From NCBI RefSeq assembly GCF_009914755.1, contig NC_060925.1: a stretch of DNA of 64,000 bases. One strand, given 5' to 3'. Every line of letters starts with the position of its first letter. The stretch's first letter is position 1. The notes under the pieces were generated by a model, which saw only the letters and a list, made by a program, of their open reading frames with translations, ran no database searches and had not been told where the DNA came from. This document shows, piece after piece, positions 40,322 through 53,550 of this stretch. Source of the stretch: the human T2T-CHM13v2.0 reference genome, Homo sapiens. Made by a program: the position numbers and the translations under genes.

Positions 40322-41116
40322 TCAGTAATTTACTGAACCTATTATCACCTATTGTTGAAAAGTTAGAATTATTCTAGCTTTGTGTTATAAATAGTAGGGT
40401 GATGATAAATGCCTTAAAGGGCCCAGGACAGTACCTGGCCTCATGGAGGTACCTACTACACAGTGTTCTCTTAAATCTCTCTGCATATTTACATCCCTAG
40501 CAACAGTGCAGGAGAATGTCCTATTCTACTACTACTTACCTTCACTCAAACTAAGTATTGTCATTTTCTTGGTTGTTGTCAATTTTAAAAGCAAAAAAAT
40601 GGTATGTCATTGTTATTTTAAATTCCATTTCTTTGATAACTAAGGTTGAATTTTTTATGTTTAGTAGCCAGTTTATCTCTAACATATTAATTTTTCTCAT
40701 TCTACTATTAAGATACTGATCTTTTGTTTGAAATCTGCATTTTTTCTAGTTTAACTTTTAATTTTGTTTGCATGTATATTTTAACATGGAAAAATTTTAT
40801 TTTTATGAAATTGAATCTATCAATCTTTGGTGTCATGCTTAGAAAAGCCTTCCATTCTCCAAGATGATCAAAACAGTCACTTATATTTTCTTTAAGGTGT
40901 TATAAGTAATCACTTCCTTTTCAGTCTGAATCAAATTGAGCAATATTTCCACCCCTAGGAAGGGCAGCAGATTAGTCTGGTGCCAGAGACAACTTTTCTC
41001 CATAACCTAGACTCAGGGAATCTCCAAGTTGAATGACCTCTAGAAGTCGTATAATGTGAGCTCCTGGCTGATAACGTGATTCCCGTCTTCCAGAAGCCTG
41101 ATAAGTGGTGGTTCCT

Positions 41117-41806
41117 CGCTTCTGTACTACTGGTGGGAGTATAAACTAGTACAACCACTATGGAAAAAACAGCATGGAGATTCCTTAAAAAACTAAAAAT
41201 AGAACTACCATTTGATCCAGCAATCCCATTACCCAGAGGAAAAGAAGTCATTATACAAAAAGGATACTTACACACACATATTTATAGCAGCACAATTTGC
41301 TATTGCAAAAAATGTGGTATCAGTCCAAATGCCCATCAATCAATGAGTGTATAAAGAAATTGTGAGATATATATATATGTATATATACATACACATATAC
41401 ACACATATGTACATATATATATACACACATATACACATATATATATGATAGAATACTTCTCAGCCATAAAAAGGAATGAATTAATGACATTTGAAGCAAC
41501 CTGGATGGAAATGGGGACTGTTATTCAAAGTGAAGTAACACAGGAATGGAAAACTAAACCTTGTATGTTCTCACTCATAAGTGGGAGCTAAGCTATGAGG
41601 ATGCAAAGGCATAAGAATGATACAATGGACTCTGGAGACTTGGGGGAAAGGGTGGGAGGTGGGTGAGGGATAAAAGACTACTAATTGGGTTCAATGTTTA
41701 CTGCTTAGGTGATGGGTGCACCAAAATATCTCAAATCACCACTAAAGCACTTACTCATGTAACCAAATACCACCTGTTCCCCCAAAAGGTATGGAAATAA
41801 TTTTTT
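41117..41806 (+). mobile_element. L1PB-type 3' fragment with internal (TA/CA)n
   Basis: GAACTACCATTTGATCCAGCAATCCCA…GGGAGCTAAGCTATGAGGATGCAAAGGCATAAGAATGA…; TSD AAGTGG(TG/CG)(G/T)TTCCT at 41103-16 and 41807-20. Confidence 0.9.
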
Positions 41807-42330
41807 AAGTGGCGTTTCCTTCTAGCTCAACACTTTCTTAAGTGACATTACACAAGAATAACCTATTCTTCTTTTTGAGAAACTCTAAAATTAGGTAGGC
41901 CTTTCTTATGTTGAGCCAACTTGTCTTCATTCTCACTCTTCTGTGTTTTATTCCCTCTTCTGCTCAGAAAGTGGCTGGGGGCTGTTCTCTGGACTTTGCA
42001 GTAAGATTGGCCTGAGTTTCTAATCTTATACTCAGTAGCTGTATGGCTTTGGGTAAATTACTTGATCACTTTGAGCTATAGTTTTATCATCTATGAAATG
42101 GGGGTTCAAAAATTACTATTATTACACATTCTAACTTTGAGACAGACAAAGCTAAATGCTGGAGCAAGTGGGCATCAATGCTATTTTATTTAGCAGTTAT
42201 GTGTGGTCATTTTAGACTTGATTATGACTCAAGTTTTCCTTTAGTTCTATGCTTCTAAACTGTGTATGCTGTATTCAAAGCAGTATCTTGTAGTATAATT
42301 TATGCTTAATAAAGAAAGCCAAAATATATC

Positions 42331-42695
42331 TGTACTAGTCCATTTTCACGCTGCTATAAAGAACTGCCCTGGGCTTGGTAATTTATAAAGAAAGGAGGTT
42401 TAATTGACTCACGGTTCCACATGGCTGCGGAGGCCTCAGAAAGTTTACAATCATGGCTGAAGGGGAAGCAGGCATGTCTTACATGGCGGCATGTGAGAGA
42501 GAGTGTGTGAACGGGAAACTGTCAAACACTTATAAAACCATCAGATCTCATGAGAACTCCTTCATTATCAGAAGAACAGCATGGGGAACCTCTCCCATGA
42601 TCCAATCACCTGCCACTGGGTCCCTCCCTCAACACATGGGGATTATGGGGATTACAATTCCAGATGACATTTGGGTGGGGACCCCAACCATATCA
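42331..42695 (-). mobile_element. THE1C/D-type MaLR solo LTR
   Basis: TGTACTAGTCC…AACCATATCA; perfect TSD ATATC (42326-30, 42696-700). Confidence 0.95.
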
Positions 42696-43437
42696 ATATC
42701 TCTAGATAAAATTGTAAATACTTTGAAAAGAAGCAAGAAGGATCAAAATCAGTGTCATAATATATTAATACCAACAATCTGTTATGAAACTTATTGTTAC
42801 ATAGATGTGTCCTCATTAGTTCCAGTGTTCCTTTGAACTTTGGATAAAATGACAAATAGCCTTTCAGACCTTGTCTGTTTTTAGGTAGAGGACCTGGTAT
42901 ATGGACACCTAAACCTCATGAGGTTGATTTGAGAATTACAGGAGATCATGCAGAGCTCTGATAGTGCATTTTCATTATGATGTTATTGCCCACAGAATCT
43001 CTTCTTTCTCTGACTAAAGTTTCCATTCATTTCATTATCCCCTTCCTAGCTTGTTTTCCAGATCCTTCCCTCATAAAAGGTGGGCTCCTGGAGTGAGCAC
43101 AGAATACTTTGTGCTGCCACTTCATTTTGCACTTTTTTTCTGCTAATTCATTTTATGCTTTTATTTCTCAACCTAAATTATCTGCTGCTCCATAACATCA
43201 ACTTATTAACTTATTGTTGACTTTTAATCAATGGCAATTAACTAAATCTCCTGTGAGTTTCTTGCGGTTTTTACCATTCACTTGCATCTCCCTTTTCTCA
43301 TACTCATTGTTTAATTCTCATCTCTCATTGTATAATCGGTGTTTTGTGTCCCAGCACTCACTAGAAGCTATTCCTATTATATTTCAACATGTTAGATTTG
43401 TCATATTATTTGATGCTATCATTTTGCATGCTCATAA

Positions 43438-43767
<330 letters not shown>

Positions 43768-44430
43768 TTAATTTAGTTCCTATCTAAGATGTTGATATGG
43801 CTGTTGGCAGGAAAACAATGTAGACAGAGCCTCTATCATGATTATACCTTGTCTTGTTGCCAGTGTGGAGAACTGCCTCTCTTCTCTTACAAATGCATGT
43901 AGTTTAGATTTTTTAAAAAAATTCTTTTCACTGATTTCAGCATCTTCCTGTTTCTCTGAACTTTAAGGTCAGCATTCCCATTTTGTCACATTAATTCACT
44001 CAACAAGCATTTGATGAGCTATGTGCCAGTTACTGTGGTAGGTGCATAAATAAGTAATATGCATCTGTCCTCAAGATGCTCACAGTCTAGTGGAAGAAAC
44101 AGATCAAATGAATTGGGCACATAATAGGTTTGGGGAAGTTTGGGTAAGACTTTGTGGAGGTGACATTTGAGTTGGGTATTACAGGATGCATGGGCGTTTG
44201 CTAAATAGGAAGCAGATCAAGGACACATCTGGCCATGACCCACATCTCCTCTCTTTAGCCCACATGAATGCCAATATTGCATGCATATTTTCTCTCACAG
44301 TTGCTGCTGTTTTTCTGAAAGCAGTGTTTTCTCATTCACAATTAGATTTTTGTTCTTGGCATTCTAGAAGATGCAATTGCCATCCAGAAATGCTAAGAAG
44401 AAAAAATATGCACCATTCTAAGAGGACTTA

Positions 44431-44675
44431 AAAAAAATTTTTTAGATACATAGTAGGTGTATATATTTATGGAGTTTTTGAGATATTTTGGTACAGGTGT
44501 GCAATGCATAATAATCATACCATGGAAAATTGGTTATCTATTCCCTTAAGCATTTATCCTTTGTGTTACAAATAATCCAGTTATACTCTTTTAGTTATTT
44601 AAAATGTACAGTTAAATTATTATTGCCTATAATACCCCTGTTGTGCTATCAATACTAAGTCTTATTCATTGTTTT
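44431..44675 (-). mobile_element. L1MA1/2-type 3' end fused to the U6 copy
   Basis: The reverse complement reads AATGAATAAGACTTAGTATTGATAGCACAACAGGG…CACAAAGGATAAATGCTT…CCATAAATATATACACCTACTATGTA, directly after the U6 oligo-T. Confidence 0.88.
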
Positions 44676-44782
44676 AAAAATATGGAACACTTCATGAATT
44701 TGCCTGTCATCTTTGCCCAGGGGCCATGCTAATCTTCTCTTTATTGTTCTGATTTTAGTATATGTGCTGCCAAAACAAGCCC
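44676..44782 (-). pseudogene. RNU6-809P: Full-length U6 snRNA retropseudogene (5' part of a U6-L1 chimera)
   Basis: The reverse complement GGGCTTGTTTTGGCAGCACATATACTAAAATCAGAACAATAAAGAGAAGATTAGCATGGCCCCTGGGCAAAGATGACAGGCAAATTCATGAAGTGTTCCATATTTTT aligns ungapped to U6 (107 nt, 13 mismatches by my count). The ACAGAGA box is mutated to AAAGAGA. The U6 identity is secure; the HGNC number is from memory of the ROR1 locus and is less certain. Confidence 0.93.
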
Positions 44783-45231
44783 CAGAGGAATTTTTAAGGT
44801 GTATTCAGATCATTGAACATCCTATATCACTCTTATGTCTTGTTTCAGTACTAGTTTTATGATCATTAATTATCGTATATTTATATTAATAAAAATAATA
44901 TTTGTTAACATTTATAGAGTACCTTCCACATGCTGGGTGGAAGGTACTTAACCTACCATCCTTCTGTGAATAGTACCTGTGAATCATACCTGTGAATGGT
45001 ACCTTGCATATATTATCTCCTTCTACCATTAACAAAGAAGAAATCTGAGCTCAGAGAGGTTGAGTAACCTCAGGTCATGTAACTAATCAAGCAGCAAAAC
45101 AGATTTGAACATTGGTTTCTCTGTCTCCTAAGCCTGACCATTTACATTTTCTTATTCTACCCCATTGGTCAATATACCCTCTGACTCTCTTCCTTGGTCT
45201 TTACCCATTGATTCTCCTCGTAATTGCCCTT

Positions 45232-45621
45232 CGTATTAGTCTGCTAGGGCTGCCATAACAAAGTACCACATGCTGTGTGACTTAAACAACAGAAATGTAT
45301 TGTATTACAGTTCTGGAGGCTGGAAAGTCCAAGATCAAGGTCCAGCAGGAATCAGTTTCTGGTAAGGGCTCTCTTTCTGCCTTACAGATGGCCACTGGCG
45401 TCTTGCTCTGCCCTTACATGGCAGAGAGAGACAGACTGACAGAGAGAGAGGTCCTTATATTTTTATGAGGCCACCAATCTTATCAGATTAAGACCCCACC
45501 CTGATTACCTCATTAAATGTCATCTCCTAAAAACCCTGTCTCCAAATACAGTCACATCGGGGTTAGGGCTTCAACCCTAACTCCAATATAAATTTTGGAG
45601 GAACACAGTTCAGTCCATTGT
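45232..45621 (-). mobile_element. MLT1A-type MaLR LTR
   Basis: GTATTAGTCTGCTAGGGCTGCCATAACAAAGTACCAC…CAGTTCTGGAGGCTGG…TCTCCAAATACAGTCACAT. Confidence 0.88.
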
Positions 45622-46535
45622 ACCTTTCTTAAAACATCACATGTATTTTCATTTCTCCATGGTTTTGCTTATGCTGTTTTCCCAGCATAAGCTTTCTGTC
45701 TTTTAAAATCTTTCCAATTATTCATTACCCAACTCAAATGTCATTTCCCATGAAGCCTTCTCTGGTTTTCCAGTCAAATTTAGTTGCCCTTTCACCTACT
45801 CAATAATGATTTTTTTGACTGTATTTTGATTGAGCCCCTATTTTACCCAAACTACATTATATACTTAAGCTCCTTGAAGTTAGGGACTCTGCCTTAATAT
45901 GCTCCCAGTTTGCTCCCAATTTTATTGGTACTCCATAACATTTATGACTTGAGTTTTTCATTAGCTCTAAAGAATGATGGAGGCAATTGGGTGGGTGTAG
46001 GCTAGATAAGAGAAATGCTTGTGCCCATCTCCAAGTGTTGGAAGTGATGCCTTACAGAAGACAGAAAAAATGTTGCTTGAGGGGTTTAGACTGAGACCAC
46101 CAGGTAAAAGTTACAAAGAAGCACACTTCTGCCCAGTTTATGGAAGAACTTTTTAATAAATAACAAAAAGGTGAAGGAAACTAACACTCATTGATAATCA
46201 GTTGCTAAACTGCTGCTTTACAATTTCCACTTCCACATGGTCCTATAAAATAGTTCCCATCTTTTATAGATGAGAAAACCACATTTCCAAAAAGTGTAAA
46301 GATCTGATATAAGATCATGTAGCCTACCTCCGTCACTCATTCCTTCATGGAGAAGTAATCTCCCTTTCTCTAGAGGAATTGAAGCCATCTGCATGACCAG
46401 TTTTCAGGAATGCTATATCGAGAATGCTCTGGGGGTGTTGGTATAACTAATATTTTAGTTTTCTTTCATCTCTAAAGTCTTCTGACTCAGGAATTCTCTA
46501 TCCCTGACATAGACTTAATGGAAATAGACCTATAA

Positions 46536-46948
<413 letters not shown>

Positions 46949-47842
46949 TTCTGTCAGTTAGTATTTATGAAGCTGTTTGGAGGACACAGCTTGGAAATAT
47001 CCATACTAACAAAATTGACTTGGTTCTGACCAGTAGAGGCTGTATTTTTCAACCAAAGGCTACACTGTCTGGGGAAGAAAATGGTAATATGCATGAGTTG
47101 TCCACGACTGTAGAAGTCAGATGGATGAGGTACTTAGCCTTGCTATCCTGAGTACATTCCATGCTGAAGGTGGGTCCCAGCAGCCTGAGCCCCCCAGGGT
47201 CAGCTTCTGGGGCAGGCAGCCAATGTTCTGATGTAGCTGCCATTTTTCTTGGATGATTCATGTGTGAAAATGTCTCCCCCAAAAGAATTTGGGTCATCTT
47301 GTTCTTTTTCCCAAAGCCAGGCTCTTATCAGACCAGAAGAGTCTCTTCATACAAATGGATCCCAGTTGGGAAGTTTATGAATGTTAAGGATAGTTGCTCA
47401 TTCCAAAATACATAACCCTTTTTGTCTGTGGCATCTTATATTTGACTATATTGCTTTTTCTACTCAACAGAATTGGATCTTAGAATCCTGGAGCTGGTGT
47501 ATGTGTGACTTCAGAGATAACTTAAAAATGATCACGTATTTCTGTCTTCTAAATTCAGATGGTTTAACTCATTATTTCTTTTTTCTTGTGAAGGCATAGC
47601 CTTGAATTTGAACACAGCTTTTGCTTTTGTGTGTGTGTGTTTGTGTGTGCGTGTGCATGCACTATAACATTTTGGCTTGTGCTATGAAACTCTTTTTTTT
47701 TTTCTGGTCAGAAGAAAGATGACAACACTGAATCAACTGCCAGTAACATCCAAAACCAGTTCAATATTACCCCCTGGTTTCTTTTCCTAGGAAAAATATC
47801 ACAGGTATCTTCCTCCTCTTCCATTTTCATTATACAAAATAT

Positions 47843-48153
47843 GGCCGGGCGCGGTGGCTCATGCCTGTAATCCCAGCACTTTGGGAGGCTGAGGCGGGCG
47901 GATCATGAGGTCAGGAGATCGAGACCATCCTGGCTACCACAGTGAAACCCCGTCTCTACTAAACATAAAAAAATTAGCCGGGCATGGTGGTGGGTGCCTG
48001 TAGTCCCAGCTACTCAGGAGGCTGAGGCAGGAGAATGGTGTGAACCCGGGAGGAGGAGCTTGCAGTGAGCCGAGATTGTGCCACTGCAGTCCAGCCCAGT
48101 TGGCAAAGTGAGACTCCGTCTCAAAAAAAAAAAAAAAAAAAAAATGCAAAAAG
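47843..48153 (+). mobile_element. AluY
   Basis: Y diagnostics GAGATCGAGACCATCCTGGCTA, GAATGGTGTGAACCCGGG and GAGCTTGCAGT; long pure A tail; TSD CAAAATATG. Confidence 0.95.
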
Positions 48154-48644
48154 CAAAATATGTTGTTCCTGCATGGAGATTGGGGGAGGAAGAGAATTAT
48201 ATTTTGCAGTGTCTTGCAAGGAATAAATACCATCAAAACACTTGAATATGAAGTTGACACTACTTTGGAATAATGTAGCCCATTGTGCCTGAAGCTTAAC
48301 AGACATGACCCAAAGAAAAGAATGGTTCACACAATATCAAGAGTACTTTGTGGCAGAGGTGGGACCAGACTCCATCCCCTGGTCCTCACTGCACAGCCTT
48401 ATAACGTCATAGCTTCTCAAAAGTATCCTAAGATTGCAATGGAGACCAGACCAAGCAGTCAGCCCCATCAGAGCTTGGAGGATGCTATCAGGGAAGTGTA
48501 TGTTTGTTTCTTCTTAATCACAGTCCTATTGTAAGCCTCAAGGATTTAGGACCCACAAAAGGAAATTCTCAATTTCCACTGCTTTTTGTACTCAACTTTT
48601 AAAGTCAAAGATGGAAAAGGTAAGAAAATAAACAAGAGACTTTT

Positions 48645-48925
48645 TTTAAAAAACAATATTCTGTATGACACCACTTATATGAGGTACCTAGAGTAGTGAA
48701 ATTGATAGACAGAAAGTAAGATGGTGGTTGCCAGGGATTGGGAGGAAAGGAGAATGGGGAGTTAGTCTTTAGTGGGCACGAGGTTTCAGTTTGAGAAGAT
48801 GAAAAAAGTTTTGGGATGGATGGTGGTGATGGTTGCATAACAATATGATTGTACTTAATGCCACTGAGCTAAACACTTAAAAATAATTAAAATTGTACGT
48901 TTTGTCACGTATATTTTACCACAGT
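48645..48925 (+). mobile_element. L1MB-type 3' end
   Basis: CCACTTATATGAGGTACCTAGAGTAG…GATGGATGGTGGTGATGGTTGC…ATATTTTACCACA. Confidence 0.88.
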
Positions 48926-49549
48926 TTTCAGAAAGTGCAACGTCCTTGGTATAATCTGGAATCTCCATACCCCTATGCACATGCATCCCCAGAAACAGGA
49001 TATCGTATTCTAAAGAATGATAATAACAAATTTATGCTATTTTTAATTCACCTTAATTTTGTTGTTTTCAAAATAATTGCATATACGTGGTTGCATCTGA
49101 CAGTCACCAAAACTGGGAGAAAAGCATAACTGATCTTTTATTTCACAGATGAGTAAACTGAGGCTCAGAGTTACACTGCTGACAAGTAACAGAGTGGTAC
49201 TAGAACCCAGGACTTCTGACATGTATTCCTGGAGCCATGCATGATCCTGTGTAAAAGTTCTAAGTTGATACTTAACATATTTTACTTACTAATCTTAGAA
49301 AAGAGACTAACACATTTTAAAAGGATTTTCAAAAACTTGAAGTGGTTTAGAGGTTTTAAGCATGAAAATAAGTTAACTTAGTTACCTCATTGTCTAGACA
49401 TCCTGATTAATGGAGGTTTTACTATATAGTAATAATAATGACAAACCCTTATATAGAACTTCACTGTGCACCAGGTACTGTTCTAAGTACCTTAAGAACA
49501 CTAACTCATTTATCAAAATGTACTATTTGTATTTAAAATGTATAATGAA

Positions 49550-49740
49550 ATTTATTGAGACTTGCATGTGCCAAACACTTTCCTAAGTGCTTTATACACT
49601 TTATCTCATTTAATCCGTGTAACAGTCTGAAGCAACAGGTAATACTAGAGCTTGGAGATGTGAAATAATTTGCTCAAGGATACATGAGAACAAGTGACAC
49701 AGCCAGGACTCAAACCCAGGTCCACCCATCTCTTTACTGT
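49550..49740 (-). mobile_element. MIR
   Basis: TTTATTGAGACTTGCATGTGCCAAACAC…AGCCAGGACTCAAACCCAGG. Confidence 0.75.
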
Positions 49741-51179
49741 GATTCAGATGGTGTCGTGTGTGTCTTTCTATTCACTGTTATCTCTAAATGTTAGTTACGT
49801 CATTCAGGCAGCTGGAGCAGTGTCCAAGTAGGGATGCTGGTTGGCTCATAGTTTACTTCTTGAAGACTTCTAATTTTACCCTGAAATTCTGGCTGGAAAT
49901 TTGATTCCATTGCTGAAAATGGAAGAAATACAGCTTTCATGTTCATGCACAATTTGCTTTTTCATTTTTTTTTTTTTTATTATCCTGAGACTTACTGTAA
50001 ATCACACTTTCCCATCAGTCCTGGGGGTTCTGATTATGTTCATGGGGTCTAGCTAAGAGCAAGGGCAGTAAATTACTGCCACTTTGTTTGAAAATTTTTT
50101 TAGCCACAGTACATTAGCTGCTTTTGTTTGCTTTTCCACTGGTGGTGTGCCCATTTTTATTTCAGAATTTTTGTTTCTTGAATGTCTCATTTGTGAATAA
50201 TGTAGCTTCCAAAATGGAATGATTGGAGAAAAAATATGAACGAGGGTGTCTTGTTTGGCACCTGTAAGTTTTTTAAGCATTTATAGCAAAAATGAATTAT
50301 TGAGTCCCCCCTCTTTCTCTCTCATACTCTCTCTCACTCACTCATCTGCATTCTCTTTCCTTCCTATTCTCTCCATTCTACTCCATTTCCCAAAAAACAA
50401 TTGCTAGATAATGACCATTATGGTGGCTAATATCAGGTAACTACCAAGAAGTGCCTTCTTCCAGGCTTCTCTAAGTATTCTTGTTTATTTGAAAGATTGA
50501 TAGATCAGAGGGTCAGGGGATGTGTTTTATTGTAAGTTTCTGTTCCAAATTTCCTGACATTTTCCATTAAAATATATAAATAAATAAGCCTTTTAAAAGG
50601 AAGAAATGGAACTAATAAGAACCAGACCCTAAAGTGATGGTCAAAATGTCAAAAATAACTGCTTTTCCTTTATTCAGTATCATTAATCTCGAGGTAGATA
50701 CCTACCTTTCCATAGACTCTCCCTAATAGCTTGACCTGATTCTCTTGCTGGGCTATTCACAAATAGAGTGACTTCTAAAGTGACACCAAAATCCTCAGTA
50801 GCTCTTCAGGAATTGGTGTGGGAGTTCAGTGGCAATATTTTCATATGTTTTTCAAATCACATCTTTTGGTAAAGTGATGAGAAAGGAGGCTGTGGCACAC
50901 ACTAGCAGTCCAGAGCACAAGGCCCCCTCATGAGTCTCCATCATCATAATGTTTGTGAGATCATCCTAAAGGTGCTAGAAAATAGTGATGCTTGTGTGCA
51001 ACCTAGATGAATTTGAAAATTAACTGATTTTCCTCAAGTTTGTCAGAGTTTCTAAAGTGGCTTTGGAAAGGGTTCCAGTGCACACGAAGAGGAAGCTTAA
51101 GTTAGACAATGTTTGTCCTTATCAATAATCCATACAAAAATTGTTTATTTCATTTTCTTGGACTTTATATGCGATACCT

Positions 51180-51746
51180 TTCAGGGAGGCTGCCTACCTC
51201 ATAATAGCCCTCTGTTGTCTGATAGCTGCTTTCACGACCCATCATGAGGGGCCTTCAGCAGCCATGTTTGAATTTATAACCCTGTCCTTCTGGTGAGAGT
51301 TGATTGGACCAGGGAGAGGACACCTGGCCCAGGTTACGCCAGATCTCTTTCCCAGGAATTTGCAATTGGAACTCAGAGGTAGCCTGTTAGTGTTTGTCAG
51401 TTGCTGTTAGTGCCAAGAGATCAATCTGGGGGCCGTAGAGTGTTGATCTTCTACTGTGTGCATAGAAAAGCCAAGAAAGCTGGTTTTCAAAGAGAGATTT
51501 AAGCAGATTCATAAAGAGAATTAGAGTCTGGGGGTGGAGGGAGATTCCTGATCTGGTTCCCGGCAGCTTTCCAGTTCTTGGTTCTCGTTCCTCCCGAAAC
51601 CTGGCCAGACATCTTGCCAGAGTTTCACAAGAAACCCTTGCATCCTGTGTTAAATTCCCCATCCACCTCGTCTGCTTTTCCTCACCCTCTTACACTGGCT
51701 TGAGTTAGTTCCTGTTGCATGTAATCAAAGAGTCTTAACAAAGACA
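51180..51746 (+). mobile_element. Old ERVL/MaLR LTR (LTR16/MLT1-like)
   Basis: GATTGGACCAGGG…CACCTGGCCCAGG…CCAGGAATTTG; ends …GTAATCAAAGAGTCTTAACAAAGACA. Confidence 0.6.
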
Positions 51747-52482
51747 GATTGATACCTCTCTGGTGTGTATTTGATTATAGAGATGGCCAAGTAAACACAT
51801 AGATGGATGTTCATACTTGCCCTTTGGTACCCTAGAAGGTTTGAGTTGGGAACAAACCTCAGAGATCTCCTAGCCTTATCCTCACATTAGACAGATATGG
51901 AAACTGAAGACTATAGACAGGTAAAATAAGTGATTTACCCAGGGTCACACAGCTAGGACTCGATCCCTAGCCTTCTGGTCCTCAGGCCAGCCAATGTTCT
52001 TTCTAGGCTGGCTCCCTAGTGCCATCCATCCATCCATCCACCCATCCATCCAGTAAATATAAACTGAGCAAGATTCTGCTACATGACAGGTACTGGGGTA
52101 CATGTTTTTTGTCCTCAACAAACTCACAGTGTGGAAGGACCAAAGTTCTTTAAGTTTATTTTTACTTCATTCCCTGGGGTTTCCCATCTGGAGGGCACTT
52201 TGCTAACTTTGCTAGCCCACGATCACAGCGAGTTCATCCAGGAGTCTCCCAGAATATACTCCCATCATGTATTCTCTGTGCCTCTTGGGTCTATTCTTTC
52301 CTAATATTTGTGATAATCCATGTTCATATTGAATCTCCCCTGGGAGATCCTTGAAACCAGGGACTGTGTGTAAGTCATTGCTTTTACTTCCTAGCACGGA
52401 ATCCATCACAAGGTACTTCTCCAATAAATGTCTGCTTTTCTAGAGAATTTACTTCACTCCTTAGAATCTCAAGTGAGAGCTG

Positions 52483-53050
52483 TGTATCAGTTAGCTCCTG
52501 CTAGGTAACAAACCACAACAAACATAGTAGCTTCCAGCAACAATCATGTATTATTATTCTCTCTCCTGGTTCTGAGAGTTGACTGGGATCAGCTAGATGA
52601 TTCTTGTGCAGAGTCTCTCATGTGGTTGCAGTCAGATGGTGGCTGGGTCTAGGGTCATCTTAAAGACTTTGTCATTCACATGTCTGGTGTCTCGACTGAG
52701 AGGACAAAAACAGCTGGAGTCTGGAACAGCTGGGGCTGTTTCACACACAAGTGTTGTTTGCACAAGAGATGTCCAAGAGCTTCTCTTTATTCTCTCCAAG
52801 CACTCTCCATGTGGTGGCCTCAGGGTAACTGGTGACTGAAGGCTCCCAGAGGGATTGCCTCAAGTTTTTTTAAACCTGACTCTGAAGTCTCTCACACAGT
52901 GTCACTTCTGCAACATTCTGTTCTCAGAGGTCCTGCCACATGCAAGAAAGACACGATCACAGAGGTCCTGCCAGGTGCAAGGAAAGGGCACACAGACTCC
53001 ACCTTCTCATAGAAGGAGCATCAAACAATTTGCAGATAGGTTTCTACATC
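52483..53050 (-). mobile_element. Old MLT1-type LTR
   Basis: TGTATCAGTTAG…AACAAACCAC…GGTTGCAGTCAGATGGTGGCTGG…TGTCACTTCTGCAACATTCTG. Confidence 0.75.
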
Positions 53051-53369
53051 TCTGCTTGATATGTCTTCCTGCATGAGAAATATGAAAAAATGAACACTTT
53101 TCAGGGAGCTTTCATTTCAGCTGGAAGCCATGATTTTCAGACAACTGATAGTTTCTGGCTTCACTGACAGCTACATCCATTGCAACTAGTTTGCTAGCCC
53201 GAGCTGCAGTTACTCACAGAATTTGCTAACTATGGACTTTAGTGGCCTAGGAGTTAGCATGGGCAGGCAAGGTGGATCAGGGCCTTGTTTTATCATGCAA
53301 TTCTTGTGTGCTGGGAACTGGCTAGGCTCTATGGTTAATAAGACCGTGATGAAAAGATGCCTTGGGGTT

Positions 53370-53550
53370 CCTCAATGTAGTCATATATGAGTGGTTCTGT
53401 TTTTAGTTGTCACCATGATGAGGGTGTGCAGTTGACATTTATTGAATAGGGGTTTAGGATGTTAAACACGCTACCATGTGCTAGCAATCCTGCTGGAGAA
53501 GGAACTTTCCTACCAAAAATGCTAATAATTTCTGACCTAATGTCAGAAAC
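53370..53550. mobile_element. MER20-like hAT MITE
   Basis: TTTTTAGTTGTCACCATG…AGGATGTTAAACA…CCAAAAATGCTAATA. Confidence 0.55.

Noticed and set aside
44676-44782. Functional U6 snRNA gene
   Set aside because: 13 substitutions including the ACAGAGA box, no recognisable upstream PSE/TATA promoter, and direct fusion to an L1 tail indicate a retrocopy.
44965-45003. CRISPR-like or regularly spaced repeat array
   Set aside because: Directly abutting 13-bp units with no spacers in mammalian DNA; an ordinary minisatellite.
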